DNA of 64,000 bases. Source: Vicinamibacteria bacterium (GTDB lineage Bacteria; Acidobacteriota; Vicinamibacteria; Marinacidobacterales; Marinacidobacteraceae). The stretch lies in NCBI GenBank assembly GCA_963555995.3, contig OY821641.1, positions 2,432,001 through 2,496,000 on the forward strand, written 5' to 3'. The translations under genes and the position numbers were made by a program. Of this stretch, positions 28,637 through 38,695 are shown in pieces (position 1 is the stretch's first letter; every line of letters begins with the position of its first letter). The notes under the pieces were generated by a model. That model saw nothing but the letters and a program-made list of their open reading frames with translations, did no database searches and was not told the origin of the DNA.

Positions 28637-31600
28637 CTACCGTCCGATGACGCGATAGACGGCGGGGATGATGAGGAGGGTGAGGGCGGTGGAGAGGATC
28701 AGGCCGCCGATGACCGCGATCGCCATGGGGGTGCGCAGCTCGCTGCCCTCCCCGAGACCGATGGCCATGGGGAACAGGCCCAGGACGGTGGTCGAGGTGG
28801 TCATCAGGATCGGGCGGAGACGGACCTTGCCGGCCTGCCGCAGCGCGTCCAGCTTCGCCATGCCGCTCCGGCGGAGGCGGTTCGTGGTGTCGAGCAGCAG
28901 GATGGCGTTGTTCACCACGATGCCCGCCAGCATGATCACCCCGATCAGCACCACCACGCTCACCGTCACCGAGAAGAGCTTGAGCGCGAAGATGACCCCG
29001 ACCAGGGAGAACGGGACGGAGAAGAGGATCACGAAGGGATGGAGCAGCGACTCGAACTGCGAGGCCATCACCAGGTAAACCATGAACACCGCGAGGAGGA
29101 TCGCGAACTGCATGCTCGCGAAGGAGGTCTCCATCTCCTCCTGCTGGCCGCCGAGCCGCCAACTGAAACTGGCGGGCATCGAGATGCCGGCCATCAGCGC
29201 CTCGATGTCGGTGGCCACGCTCCCGAGGTCGCGGCCGACGATGTTCGCGGTGATGGTGGCGACCCGCTCGCCGTCGGCGCGGCGGATCTCCGCCGGGCCG
29301 GTCACCTCTTCAACGTCGGCGACGCTGGAGAGCGGGATGGTGGCGGCGCCGCCGTCGGAGATGTTCAGGTTGCGGAGGTCCTCGACGCTGTCCCGGAACG
29401 ATTCGTCGGCGCGGAGGCGGATATCAATGGACCGGTCCTCGCGCTGGATGTCGGTCGCCACGTCGCCGAGCACCTTGGAGCGGATGAGGGTCCCGAGCTG
29501 GTTCACGTTGTAGCCGAGCGCCGCGACCCGGTCGCGGTGGAACCGCACCTGGAGTTCCGGATTGCCGCCCTCGGTGGACGACTTCACGTCCACGAGCCCG
29601 GGAATCTCCCTCAGACCGGCCACCGCCTCGTCGGCGGTCCGTTCGAGCATGGTCAGGTTGAAGCCCCGGATCTCCAGTTCCACCGGGGTCCGGAAGCTGA
29701 AGTAGGACGGGCGCCCGAAGATGTAGAGGAGATCCTCGTCGCCTTCGAGGTGCGGGCGCAGCTCCGCCATCGCCGCGTCTTCGCGGGCGCGGTCCACCGG
29801 CGGGTCCAGCACCACCGTGAGCTGGCCGATGTTCTCCCGCAGCTCGCCGGCCGCCCCGCCCTGCTGGCTGCTGGTCCCCACCGTCGCGTACACGGTGCGC
29901 ACTCCGGGGATCCCGGCGGCCGCTTCCTCGAGGCGCCCGATGCGCCGGGAGTTGAGATCGAGGTGCGTGCCGGCCGGCAGCTCGGTGTCCACGTAGAACT
30001 CGCCCTGGATGAGTTCGGGGACGAGTTCCGTGCCGAGCGAGGGGAGCGTGTAGAGCGCGCCGGCGAAGAGCGCGACGGCCAGGGCGCCGACCCGGAACGG
30101 ATGGTTCAGGGCCCCGTTCAGGACCGGCGGATACCCGCGGACGATGCCGTCATAGACGAGGCGGAAGAGCCGGCTCGGCAGCCAGAGGATCCCCTTGATG
30201 ACGAGATCCACGCCCCGGAGGACCCCGAACGCGAGGAAGAGCGCGCCCCGGCTCACCGCGGACACGGCCTTGCCGAAGAGACGGCCCGCCCGGGTCCGGA
30301 ACGACGCCCGCTCGGAAGCCGCCACCGGACGGAACTCGCGCGAAGCCAGCATCGGGATCAGGGTGAGCGCGACCAGCAGCGAGACGGCGAGCGAGAACGT
30401 GACCGTGAGCGCCTGATCTCCGAAGAGCTGCCCGGCGATGCCCTCGACGAACACGATGGGAACGAACACGCACACCGTCGTCATGGTGCTCGCGACCACC
30501 GCCTGGCCGACCTCGCCGGTGCCGGCCTGGGAGGCCTCCACGAGGCCCATCCCCTCCTGCCGTTTTCGCTTGATCGCCTCCAGCACCACGATGGAGTTGT
30601 CCACGAGGAGCCCGATCCCGAGGGTGATGCCGCCGAGCGACATGATGTTGAGCGAGACGCCCGACACGTACATCAGGAAGAAGGTCCCGATGACCGAAAT
30701 GGGGATGGAGACCCCGATGATCAGGGTGGAACGGAGTTCTCCGAGGAAGAGGATCAGGACGAAGATCGCGAGGATGCCCCCCATCACCGCCGTCTGCAGC
30801 ACCTCCGAGACCGACTGGCGGATGTAGCGCGCCTGGTCGGTCACCAGGGTGAGCGCGAGGTCCTCCCCCACCTGGTCGAGCCGCTCCTCGAGTTCCCCGA
30901 CCCGCGCGAGAACGTCGTCCGCGACGGTCACCGTGTTCGTGCCGCCCTCCTTGTAGACGGCGACTTCGATGGACTCCCGGCCGTCAATGCGGGTGATGAC
31001 CTCGCGCTCCCTGGCGCCGCGCCGGATGGTGGCCACGTCGTCCAGCCGGATCACCGTGCGTTCCGCGTCCACCACGATGTTGCGCATGTCCTCGGGACGT
31101 TCGAACTCGTTGATGGTGCGCACCAAGTACTCAGTGCCGCCGTCGAGCAGGCGCCCGGCGGTGAGGTTCACGTTCTCCTGGCCGAGCCGGTTCACCACGG
31201 CAGGGACCGAGAGCCCCAGGTTGGCCACCTTCCGCTCGTCAATCTCGACGTGGATCTCCTCCTCGAGCCCGCCGCTCACCAGCACCGCGGCGACGCCCTC
31301 GACGCGCTCGAGGTTGCGCTGGATCTCCTGCTCCGCGATCAGCCGCAGCCGGACGAGGTCCTCCTCTCCGGTCAGCCCGAAACGCAGGATCGGGTCCAGC
31401 GAGGGGTCGAAGCGGAGCAGCGTCGGCCGCGGCGCGTCGAGCGGCAGCCGCACCACGTCGAGGCGTTCGCGCACGTCGAGCGCCGCCATGTCCATGTCGG
31501 TGCCCCACCCGAACTCGAGCGTGACCTCGCTGAGGTCGGGCCGGGAGGAGGAGACGACCCGGACCACGTTGTTGACCACGCCGACCGCGTTCTCGATGGG

Positions 31601-31795
31601 CCGGGTGATCAGGTTCTCGATCTCGCTCGGGGCGGCGCCCTCGTACTCGGTGCGGACGTTCAGCGACGGATAGGTGATGTCCGGGAGGAGGTCCACGGAC
31701 AGGCGGTCGAAGCCGACCACCCCGAACACGACGATCGCGATGAACAGCACCACGACGGTGACCGGGCGCCGGATGGAGAAGTCAACGATGCGCAT
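28637..31795 (-). CDS. RND efflux permease (AcrB/MdtB-like)
   Basis: RRPVT, DLLPDI.YP, G.LVDNSIVV.E, GIVVNNAI and RLRPILMT motifs. Confidence 0.95.
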   Translation of the reverse strand: MRIVDFSIRRPVTVVVLFIAIVVFGVVGFDRLSVDLLPDITYPSLNVRTEYEGAAPSEIENLITRPIENAVGVVNNVVRVVSSSRPDLSEVTLEFGWGTDMDMAALDVRERLDVVRLPLDAPRPTLLRFDPSLDPILRFGLTGEEDLVRLRLIAEQEIQRNLERVEGVAAVLVSGGLEEEIHVEIDERKVANLGLSVPAVVNRLGQENVNLTAGRLLDGGTEYLVRTINEFERPEDMRNIVVDAERTVIRLDDVATIRRGAREREVITRIDGRESIEVAVYKEGGTNTVTVADDVLARVGELEERLDQVGEDLALTLVTDQARYIRQSVSEVLQTAVMGGILAIFVLILFLGELRSTLIIGVSIPISVIGTFFLMYVSGVSLNIMSLGGITLGIGLLVDNSIVVLEAIKRKRQEGMGLVEASQAGTGEVGQAVVASTMTTVCVFVPIVFVEGIAGQLFGDQALTVTFSLAVSLLVALTLIPMLASREFRPVAASERASFRTRAGRLFGKAVSAVSRGALFLAFGVLRGVDLVIKGILWLPSRLFRLVYDGIVRGYPPVLNGALNHPFRVGALAVALFAGALYTLPSLGTELVPELIQGEFYVDTELPAGTHLDLNSRRIGRLEEAAAGIPGVRTVYATVGTSSQQGGAAGELRENIGQLTVVLDPPVDRAREDAAMAELRPHLEGDEDLLYIFGRPSYFSFRTPVELEIRGFNLTMLERTADEAVAGLREIPGLVDVKSSTEGGNPELQVRFHRDRVAALGYNVNQLGTLIRSKVLGDVATDIQREDRSIDIRLRADESFRDSVEDLRNLNISDGGAATIPLSSVADVEEVTGPAEIRRADGERVATITANIVGRDLGSVATDIEALMAGISMPASFSWRLGGQQEEMETSFASMQFAILLAVFMVYLVMASQFESLLHPFVILFSVPFSLVGVIFALKLFSVTVSVVVLIGVIMLAGIVVNNAILLLDTTNRLRRSGMAKLDALRQAGKVRLRPILMTTSTTVLGLFPMAIGLGEGSELRTPMAIAVIGGLILSTALTLLIIPAVYRVIGR

Positions 31796-31825
31796 CGGTC
31801 GGGGTTGTCGTTGCTGGGACTCCGC

Positions 31826-33676
31826 CTAGCTTTGCGGCCGGCGGCGGCGGGCGATGATCTCCTCGATCTGCGCTTCCGTCATTCCCCGCTCGCGGAGGCG
31901 CTCACGGAGCGCTTCGAGCTGTTCGGGCGTCGGCGCCTGGGTGCGGGACGCGTCGCCCTCCGGGGACGGCCCCCAGCCGCGCTGCACCCGCTCCTCGATC
32001 TGCTCTTCGGTCAGGCCCATGGAGCGGAGCCGGCCCTTGATGGCTTCCCGGGTCTCGGCGGGGAGGCTCTCGAAGGAACCGGGGCTCCCGCCGTCCGGCC
32101 GGGCGGCGCCAGCCGTGGCGGCGGGCCTCGCCCGGGAACCGGGTTCCCCGGTTCGGGGAGTCCGGGAGGCCGCGCCCGGAGCGGGCGTTGCCGAGGTCGC
32201 CGGTTCGGCGGCGGCGGGAGTGGCAGCGACCGGCGCTTCGCGCGCCGGCGGAGCGGGAGCTGCCGAGTCCGCGGCGGGAGCCGTCGCGCGCCCCGCCGTT
32301 CCCGGAGGTCGCCCGGCTGCCGGACGGCCGCCCGGCGGGCCTCCTCCCGCGCCCGGCCGGCCCCGTCCTCCCGGCGGACCGCCGCCCGCGGCCATCGCCG
32401 CGAGTCGTTCGTCAATCGCCTCGTCGGTCATGCCGCGCGCCCGCATCCGCTCGCGCATCGCGGCGCGGCGTTCGTCGGTCATTTCGAACCCGCCGCCGGG
32501 CGCGGCGCCCGCGGTGCGGACCGGAACCTCTTCGGCGCCCGGACCCACCAGGATCTGGACCGGGGTGGCGTCGGTGAGACCGTCCTGGCCCACCACGATG
32601 ACCCGGTCGCTGGCGCTGAGACCGCTCGTGACTTCCACCCGGTCGTCCTCCTCATAGCCTAGGGTGATGTTCCGCCGGTAGGCGACCCCGTCCTCGACCA
32701 CGAAGACCGAATCGGCGAGGCTCTCCAGCGAGAGAGCGCGCTTGGGCATGATCAGCGCGTCCTCCCGCACGTCGGTCACGAGGCGCACGCCGGCGAACAT
32801 TCCGGGGCTGAGCCGCCCCTGCCGGTTCACCTCGAGCGTGACCCGGATCGTTCCGGTGGCGGCGTCCACCACCGGGCTGATCCGCAGCACGCGGCCCCGG
32901 AACTGCTCGCCGGGAAACGCTTCCACCTGCAGGATCGCCGGCTGGCCGACGGAGAGGCGGGCCAGATCCCTCTCCGGCACCCCGATCACGCAGAGCAGCG
33001 GATCGAAGTCGGAGATCCGGAAGAGCTGCTGTCCCGCGGTCACCGTTTCCCCGAACTTCACGGCGCGCTGGACGATCAGGCCGTCGAAGGGAGCGGTGAT
33101 GCGGGTATAGCCGAGCTGGATCTCGTTCCCGGAGAGCTGCGCCCTCGCCGACTCCAGCGCCGAGAGGGCCGTGTCGTACACCTCCTGGCTCACCACGGCG
33201 TTCTCGAACGAGGCCTTGGCCCGGTTGTAGACGGTTTCGGCGTCCTGAAGCGCGACCCGGGCGATCTCCACCTGCGCGCGCGCCTCCAGCTCGTCAATCT
33301 GCGCGAGCACTTCGCCGGCCCTCACCTGGACTCCCTCCTCGGTGTTGAGGGCCACCAGCGGCCCGCCGGTGCGCGCCACGATGTCCACCTCGCGCTCGGC
33401 TTCGAGCGTGCCGTTGGTCTCGATGAACGCCGAGATCGGACCCGGGAGGATCTCCACGACCTCGACGGGGACCGCGGTCACCGGAGCGCTTCCGCCGCCG
33501 AATCCACCGGGAGGGCCGCCGCCCGGCCGGCCGCCCGGCCCGGCCGCCTCTTCCCCGGAACCGCACGCCACGGTGGCGGCGAGCCCGGCCAACAGGAGCA
33601 TTTGGAGAAGCGGTCGCCCGGGGACCTTCCGGCCCCCGAAAGAGATCGTCTTGGTGTAAGGCACGGATTCCCTCAC
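31826..33676 (-). CDS. RND periplasmic adaptor (MFP) lipoprotein with a long C-terminal extension
   Basis: Lipobox TVAC, I.APFDG, ISPVVD.ATGT and L.PGMF motifs; GTG at 33676 overlaps the upstream stop. Confidence 0.88.
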   Translation of the reverse strand: MRESVPYTKTISFGGRKVPGRPLLQMLLLAGLAATVACGSGEEAAGPGGRPGGGPPGGFGGGSAPVTAVPVEVVEILPGPISAFIETNGTLEAEREVDIVARTGGPLVALNTEEGVQVRAGEVLAQIDELEARAQVEIARVALQDAETVYNRAKASFENAVVSQEVYDTALSALESARAQLSGNEIQLGYTRITAPFDGLIVQRAVKFGETVTAGQQLFRISDFDPLLCVIGVPERDLARLSVGQPAILQVEAFPGEQFRGRVLRISPVVDAATGTIRVTLEVNRQGRLSPGMFAGVRLVTDVREDALIMPKRALSLESLADSVFVVEDGVAYRRNITLGYEEDDRVEVTSGLSASDRVIVVGQDGLTDATPVQILVGPGAEEVPVRTAGAAPGGGFEMTDERRAAMRERMRARGMTDEAIDERLAAMAAGGGPPGGRGRPGAGGGPPGGRPAAGRPPGTAGRATAPAADSAAPAPPAREAPVAATPAAAEPATSATPAPGAASRTPRTGEPGSRARPAATAGAARPDGGSPGSFESLPAETREAIKGRLRSMGLTEEQIEERVQRGWGPSPEGDASRTQAPTPEQLEALRERLRERGMTEAQIEEIIARRRRPQS

Positions 33677-36600
33677 TGCGTTACTGGATTCAGCGCCGGC
33701 GCACCGGCGGCGGCGGGCTCGGTGACCGCGGGTGTTTCCGGGGCCGTGGTGTACGGCCAGAGCAGGCGCTTCAGATCGTCGGTCACCGCGTAGATCGTCG
33801 GCACGAGGAGCAGCGTCAGCAGCGTGGAGGTCGGCAGACCCCCCGCCAGCACCAGGCCGATCGGAGCCCACTGTCCGGCGCGGCCGTCCACCGATCCGAA
33901 GAGACCGGGCAGGAAGTAGGGCGCGGCGAGCGGCAACAGCCCACAGAAGGTCGTCAGGGCGGTCATCATGACCGGCCGCAGCCGGTGTTCGCTGCCGAGA
34001 ATGAGCGCCTCGTCCCGCGACATCCCCTGTTTGCGCAGTGAGTTGACATGCGCGATCAGGACGATGGCGTTGTTCACCACGATGCCCGCCAGCAGCACCA
34101 GGCCGAGCATCGCGGTGTTGCCGAGGGTCTGGCCGGTGAGCTTCAGGGTGATGGCCACCCCGATGAAGGAGAACGGGATCGAGAACATGATCACCGCCGG
34201 GTGGATGAAGCTCTCGAAGAGCGCCACCATGATCAGGTAGATCAGCAGCAACGCGAACGCGAAGGCGAACCCGGCGGCGGCGAAGTCCGTCTGTCCCATC
34301 CGGGACCAGCGGTCGAAGCTCCACTCGTAGCCGGGGGGCAGGGCGATGTCGCTGAGCTGTTCCTGGACCTGGCCCATGAGCCGGAACGAGGCGCCGGGCA
34401 CGGTGGTGTTCGCGCTGATGGTGAGCTTGGGACGCCGGTCCTCCCGCTCGATGCTCCGGGGGCCGCTCACCATCTGGAAGTCGGCCATGGCGCCCACCGG
34501 CACCCGCGCTTCCCCGACGAAGACCGGCATCCGCCGCAGGTGATCGAGCTGCTCGCGCTGTTCCTCGGGGTACTGGACCACGATGTCCACTTCCCGCTGG
34601 TCGCTCTCGATGGTGCCCACCGGCCGGCTGGTCAGCGCGCTGCGGACGGTCTGGGCCACGGCGAAGGTCCCGGCGCCGGAGGTAAGCGCCCGCTCGGCGT
34701 TCGGGCTGACGTGCAGCTCCTCGGTTCCGCTCTCGAGCGAGGTGTCCACGTCCCGGATCCAGGGAAGCGCGGCGAGGCGCTCCACCACCCGGCCGGAGAC
34801 CAGTTCGAGGACGTCCATGTCGTCGCCCTTGAGATCCAGCCGGATCCCGCCGCCGCGCCCGGGACCCCGTCCCCGGCTCTCGGCGATCCGGAAGTTCACT
34901 CCGGCGATCGTCGGGAGCATCCCCCGGATCTCATCGGTGATCTCCTGGACGCTCCGCTCGGACTCGGACTCGTCCACCAGATAGAGCTCGAAGCGCCGGC
35001 CGCCCCCGCCGAAACCGCCTCGCCGGGACCGGCCGCCACCCCGCCGGAACTCATAGACCACGTCGGCGATCTCGAGTTCCTCCCGCCGCTCCTCGATGAG
35101 CGCCGCCACCGACTCCATCACCTCCCGGGTCTCGTCGAGCGAATAGGCCCGCGGCACGTCCACGTTGATGGTCACCTCGCGTTCCACCGTGTTGTCGAAG
35201 CTGGAGCGTTCGATGTTCTGGTAGAGGAACCAGGCCACCCCCAACAGGCCGATGGCCACCGTCAGCGAGACGAACCGGTGGTGGAGGGTGCGCCGGATGA
35301 CCTTCCCGTGGAGACGGCCGAGGAGCCGCATGGTCCGGGAATAGACCCGCCGTTCGTTCCGGAGCACGACGCCGGCCATCATCGGCACCACGGTGAGCGC
35401 GACCAGCAGCGAGGCCACGATCACGACGCTGAGCGTGAAGCCGAAGTCGGTGAAGATCCGGAAGAAGCCGCCCATCGTCGCGCCGAGGAAGACGAGCGGG
35501 ACGAACACGCACATGGTGGTCGCCGCGCCGGCGATGATCGGCATGGTCACCGCCGACGCGCCGTGGATGGCGGCGGTCCGCGAGTCCTCCTTGTACTCGG
35601 TGAAGTGGCGCGAGATGGAGTCAATGACCACGATCGCCGGGTCGGCGAGCATGCCGACGGCGACCATCAGTCCGAAGAGGCTGATCACGTTCAGCGTGGT
35701 GTCCACCGCCCCCGCCTGCCGGCCGAGATACATGATGACGAAGGTGGTGATGATCGAGAGCGGAATGGCCACCGCCACCAGCAGGGTGGTGCGCACCTTC
35801 TGCAGGAAGAGCAGCAGGATGATCATGGCCAGGCCGCCGCCGAAGAGGCCGGCGACGGTCAACTGGGAAAGTCCGCCCCGGACGTCGAGCGAGGAGTCCT
35901 GGATGTACCGCATCGCGATGTCTTCGTAGCGGGGGATGGCGGCGATCTCCTCCATCTCCGCCTTGACTCCGTCAGCGACCTCCAGCACGTTCGCGTTGGA
36001 CGCCTTGTAGATGCGGAAGGTGACCGCTTCCTCGCCGTTCAGGTAGTCGAACGAGGTCTGGGTGGGGAACTCGTAGGTGACGTCGGCGACGTCGCTCAGC
36101 CGCAACCCGGCGTCGCCGACCGGTGTTTCCCGGATCTCCTCCGGCCGCTGGAACTCCCCGACGGTGCGGACGATCAGCTTGCGCGAGCCGTCGGTGATGG
36201 TGCCGCCCGAGACGTTGACGTTGTTCTGGGTGAGCACCGTCGAAATGTCGCGCACGTCCACGTTCAGCGCCGCCATCCGCGCCTGGTCCATGCTGACCCG
36301 CAGTTCGCGGCGGCGGACGCCGCGCACGTCCACGCTCGCCACCCCCTCGAGGCGTTCGAGCCGCGGCTGCACGATGTCCTCGGCGAAGTTGAAGAGCCGC
36401 TCCCGTTCCCAGGGCGCTCCCAGGTGGAACTGGAGGATGGGGATGTCGGTGCTCTGGAAGCGCCGGATGTTGATCCGCTCGATGTCGTCCGGGAGGAGGT
36501 GGCGCACCCGGTCCACCCGGTCGCGGGCCTCCACCACCATCAGGTCCATGTCCACCCCCTCGTCGAACTCGAGGCTCACATTGCCGCTGTCGGCGTTCGC

Positions 36601-36909
36601 GGTGGCGGTGAGGACCGTGATCCCGGGGATGGTCCCCAGGCTGTCTTCCAGGGGGCGGACGATGAGGCGTTCGGTTTCCTCGGGCGAGGAGGACTCGTAG
36701 GTCACGCTGACCCAGAGGCTGTTCGCGCCGAACGAGGGCAGGAATTCGAGGGGGAGCCGGGTGAGCGAGACGTAGCCGAGCACGACCAGCCCGATCGCGA
36801 TCATGCTGATCGTCACGCGCCGGTCCACCGCGAAGCGGGCCAGGAAGCTGCCGCGCTCCGGGACCTGCTCGTGGCTGTGCGAGTGGCGGTGGCCTTCCAG
36901 TCCGCTCAT
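33673..36909 (-). CDS. Second RND efflux permease
   Basis: Same RND architecture (LPLEFLP, GIVVNNAIV, RLRPVMMT); His-rich N-terminus. Confidence 0.93.
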   Translation of the reverse strand: MSGLEGHRHSHSHEQVPERGSFLARFAVDRRVTISMIAIGLVVLGYVSLTRLPLEFLPSFGANSLWVSVTYESSSPEETERLIVRPLEDSLGTIPGITVLTATANADSGNVSLEFDEGVDMDLMVVEARDRVDRVRHLLPDDIERINIRRFQSTDIPILQFHLGAPWERERLFNFAEDIVQPRLERLEGVASVDVRGVRRRELRVSMDQARMAALNVDVRDISTVLTQNNVNVSGGTITDGSRKLIVRTVGEFQRPEEIRETPVGDAGLRLSDVADVTYEFPTQTSFDYLNGEEAVTFRIYKASNANVLEVADGVKAEMEEIAAIPRYEDIAMRYIQDSSLDVRGGLSQLTVAGLFGGGLAMIILLLFLQKVRTTLLVAVAIPLSIITTFVIMYLGRQAGAVDTTLNVISLFGLMVAVGMLADPAIVVIDSISRHFTEYKEDSRTAAIHGASAVTMPIIAGAATTMCVFVPLVFLGATMGGFFRIFTDFGFTLSVVIVASLLVALTVVPMMAGVVLRNERRVYSRTMRLLGRLHGKVIRRTLHHRFVSLTVAIGLLGVAWFLYQNIERSSFDNTVEREVTINVDVPRAYSLDETREVMESVAALIEERREELEIADVVYEFRRGGGRSRRGGFGGGGRRFELYLVDESESERSVQEITDEIRGMLPTIAGVNFRIAESRGRGPGRGGGIRLDLKGDDMDVLELVSGRVVERLAALPWIRDVDTSLESGTEELHVSPNAERALTSGAGTFAVAQTVRSALTSRPVGTIESDQREVDIVVQYPEEQREQLDHLRRMPVFVGEARVPVGAMADFQMVSGPRSIEREDRRPKLTISANTTVPGASFRLMGQVQEQLSDIALPPGYEWSFDRWSRMGQTDFAAAGFAFAFALLLIYLIMVALFESFIHPAVIMFSIPFSFIGVAITLKLTGQTLGNTAMLGLVLLAGIVVNNAIVLIAHVNSLRKQGMSRDEALILGSEHRLRPVMMTALTTFCGLLPLAAPYFLPGLFGSVDGRAGQWAPIGLVLAGGLPTSTLLTLLLVPTIYAVTDDLKRLLWPYTTAPETPAVTEPAAAGAPALNPVTQ

Positions 36910-37475
36910 CGGCCCGTTCCTCCCCGGCGCGCTCCTTCGGGGGAACCTTCCCCGGACTCACTCTCTACGGAATCGCGGTCCCGATCGTTCCGTCCCCGCT
37001 CGCGCATGAGGGCGTCGAAGGTCGCACGCTGGGACTCGTTGAGGATCTCGCTGAGCTGCTCGCGGAACCTCAGCCGCAGTTCGCGGTAGCGCGCGTAGGT
37101 GTCGTCCCAGAAGGCGCTCGCCTCGGCGCGGTTGGCCTCGATGAAGGCATCCATCTGCGCCTGCTGCGCCTCGTCGAGTCCGAGCCGGTCCACGAGCTGC
37201 TCGCGGAACCTCCGGGCCCGGTCTTCGCCGTCCCGCGCGTCGCGGGCGCGGGCGCGGCTCCGATCAGCGCGCTCGCCACCGCGCCGCATCGAACGGCGGC
37301 CGTCGTCGCCACCACGGCTCACGCGGTGCTCCCCGCCCCGGTGCAGGAGGCGCGGCACGACGAGGTGGCTCGCCAGCACCCCCGCGCCGAATCCGGCGAG
37401 GAGCAGCAGGAGCGGCATCAGCCGCTTCCAGCGGCGGTTGGCCGCGTCCGGCGCTACCACGTTCTTCTCGGGCAT
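36906..37475 (-). CDS. Membrane-anchored periplasmic helical protein (Spy/CpxP/ZraP-like)
   Basis: One transmembrane helix followed by RLGLDEAQQAQ and ILNESQRATF (LTxxQ-like motifs); overlaps both neighbours. Confidence 0.6.
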   Translation of the reverse strand: MPEKNVVAPDAANRRWKRLMPLLLLLAGFGAGVLASHLVVPRLLHRGGEHRVSRGGDDGRRSMRRGGERADRSRARARDARDGEDRARRFREQLVDRLGLDEAQQAQMDAFIEANRAEASAFWDDTYARYRELRLRFREQLSEILNESQRATFDALMRERGRNDRDRDSVESESGEGSPEGARRGGTGR

Positions 37476-37987
37476 CAGCGTTCCCCCGCGGGCAGGAATC
37501 CCCCGCCCAGCGCAATCACCAGCACCGGCTCGGTCGCCGAATCGCTTGCCGCCAGGGTCTGGAACTCGGCCCCGAAGCCGGTCTCCGGGTCCGGGGCGGA
37601 CAGGATCTCGCCCTCGAAGGCGAGCAGATCCAGCTCCTCCGCCTCGGGAACGGCGCCCGCCAGCGGTTCCGCCTCCGGCTGTTCGGCCTGCCAGACGCTG
37701 AGACCGGCGGCCACCAGCAGGGCGGCAGCCGCCGCGGACAACCGGGTTCCCAGTTGGCGCCAGGTCCAGAGCCGGACGGGCGACAGGCCTTCGCGGCGTT
37801 CCCGGTGGCGGACCAGGAACCCCGGATCGGGCTCGCACTCGACCCCGAGGATCGCCGCCACCTGTTGCAGGCGCAGGTGTTCCGCGCGGAACCGCGGATC
37901 GGCCGCAAGACGTTCCTCGACCTCGCGCACCCGCTCCGGCGGAAGTTCGCCATCCAGGTACGCGGAAAGAAGTTCCTTGTCCGTCAT
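37475..37987 (-). CDS. Anti-sigma factor (RseA/zf-HC2-like N-terminus, single transmembrane helix)
   Basis: LLSAYLDGEL...VEE.L motif and one hydrophobic helix; follows the ECF sigma gene. Confidence 0.8.
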   Translation of the reverse strand: MTDKELLSAYLDGELPPERVREVEERLAADPRFRAEHLRLQQVAAILGVECEPDPGFLVRHRERREGLSPVRLWTWRQLGTRLSAAAAALLVAAGLSVWQAEQPEAEPLAGAVPEAEELDLLAFEGEILSAPDPETGFGAEFQTLAASDSATEPVLVIALGGGFLPAGER

Positions 37988-37994
37988 GCCTTCC

Positions 37995-38630
37995 TCAACG
38001 CAGCGCCTCGGCCAGCCGCTGCCGCGCCCGATGGATCCGGGACTGCACCGTCCCGAGCGGAACCCCGCACGACTCGGAGATCTCCCGGTAGGTCATGCCC
38101 GCCACCTCCTTCAGCACCAGCGCTTCCCGCTCGTCGCCGGGCAGCCTCCGGAGCGCCGATTCCACTTCCGTGCGGCGGTGGAGATCCTCCTCGGGGTCGG
38201 CGCTTCCGGCCTCCTCGCCCGGGTCTTCGGACGGCCGCGCCACTTCGAGGAGCCGCCGCTGCCTGCCCGCCCGGCGGAGCGCGTCGTGGGCGGCGCGGAC
38301 CGCGATCCGGCAGAGCCACGCCCCCACGGGTCCCTCGCCGCGGTAGCCGGACGCCCGGCGGAAGGCGCGCAGGTAGGTCTCCTGGGCGGCGTCTTCGGCG
38401 TCGGAGTGGTCCCGGAGAATGGCGAGGGCGACGGAACGGACCCGGACCTCGGTCCGACGGACGAGTTCATCGAAGGCGCGGAGGTCTCCTTGATCCCGGA
38501 ACCTGCGCAGCAACCCGCGCTCTTCCGCGTCCTCCCGGGCCCTCTCGTCTCGGACTGGGGGAACCGGCGCATGGTCTTGCTCTTCGGAAGCAAGACGCGC
38601 CGGACCTGCCGGTTTGTTCGCGTCGGGCAC
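37995..38630 (-). CDS. ECF RNA polymerase sigma-70 factor
   Basis: DAEDAAQE.YLRA, WL.RIA and Y.EI....GVPLGTV.SRIHRAR motifs. Confidence 0.92.
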   Translation of the reverse strand: MPDANKPAGPARLASEEQDHAPVPPVRDERAREDAEERGLLRRFRDQGDLRAFDELVRRTEVRVRSVALAILRDHSDAEDAAQETYLRAFRRASGYRGEGPVGAWLCRIAVRAAHDALRRAGRQRRLLEVARPSEDPGEEAGSADPEEDLHRRTEVESALRRLPGDEREALVLKEVAGMTYREISESCGVPLGTVQSRIHRARQRLAEALR

Positions 38631-38695
38631 GAGTGGCCGGCAGTGTAGTGCGGCGGTTGGGAGCGCCGGTTCCGCGCGCGCCCATAATCCGCCGC

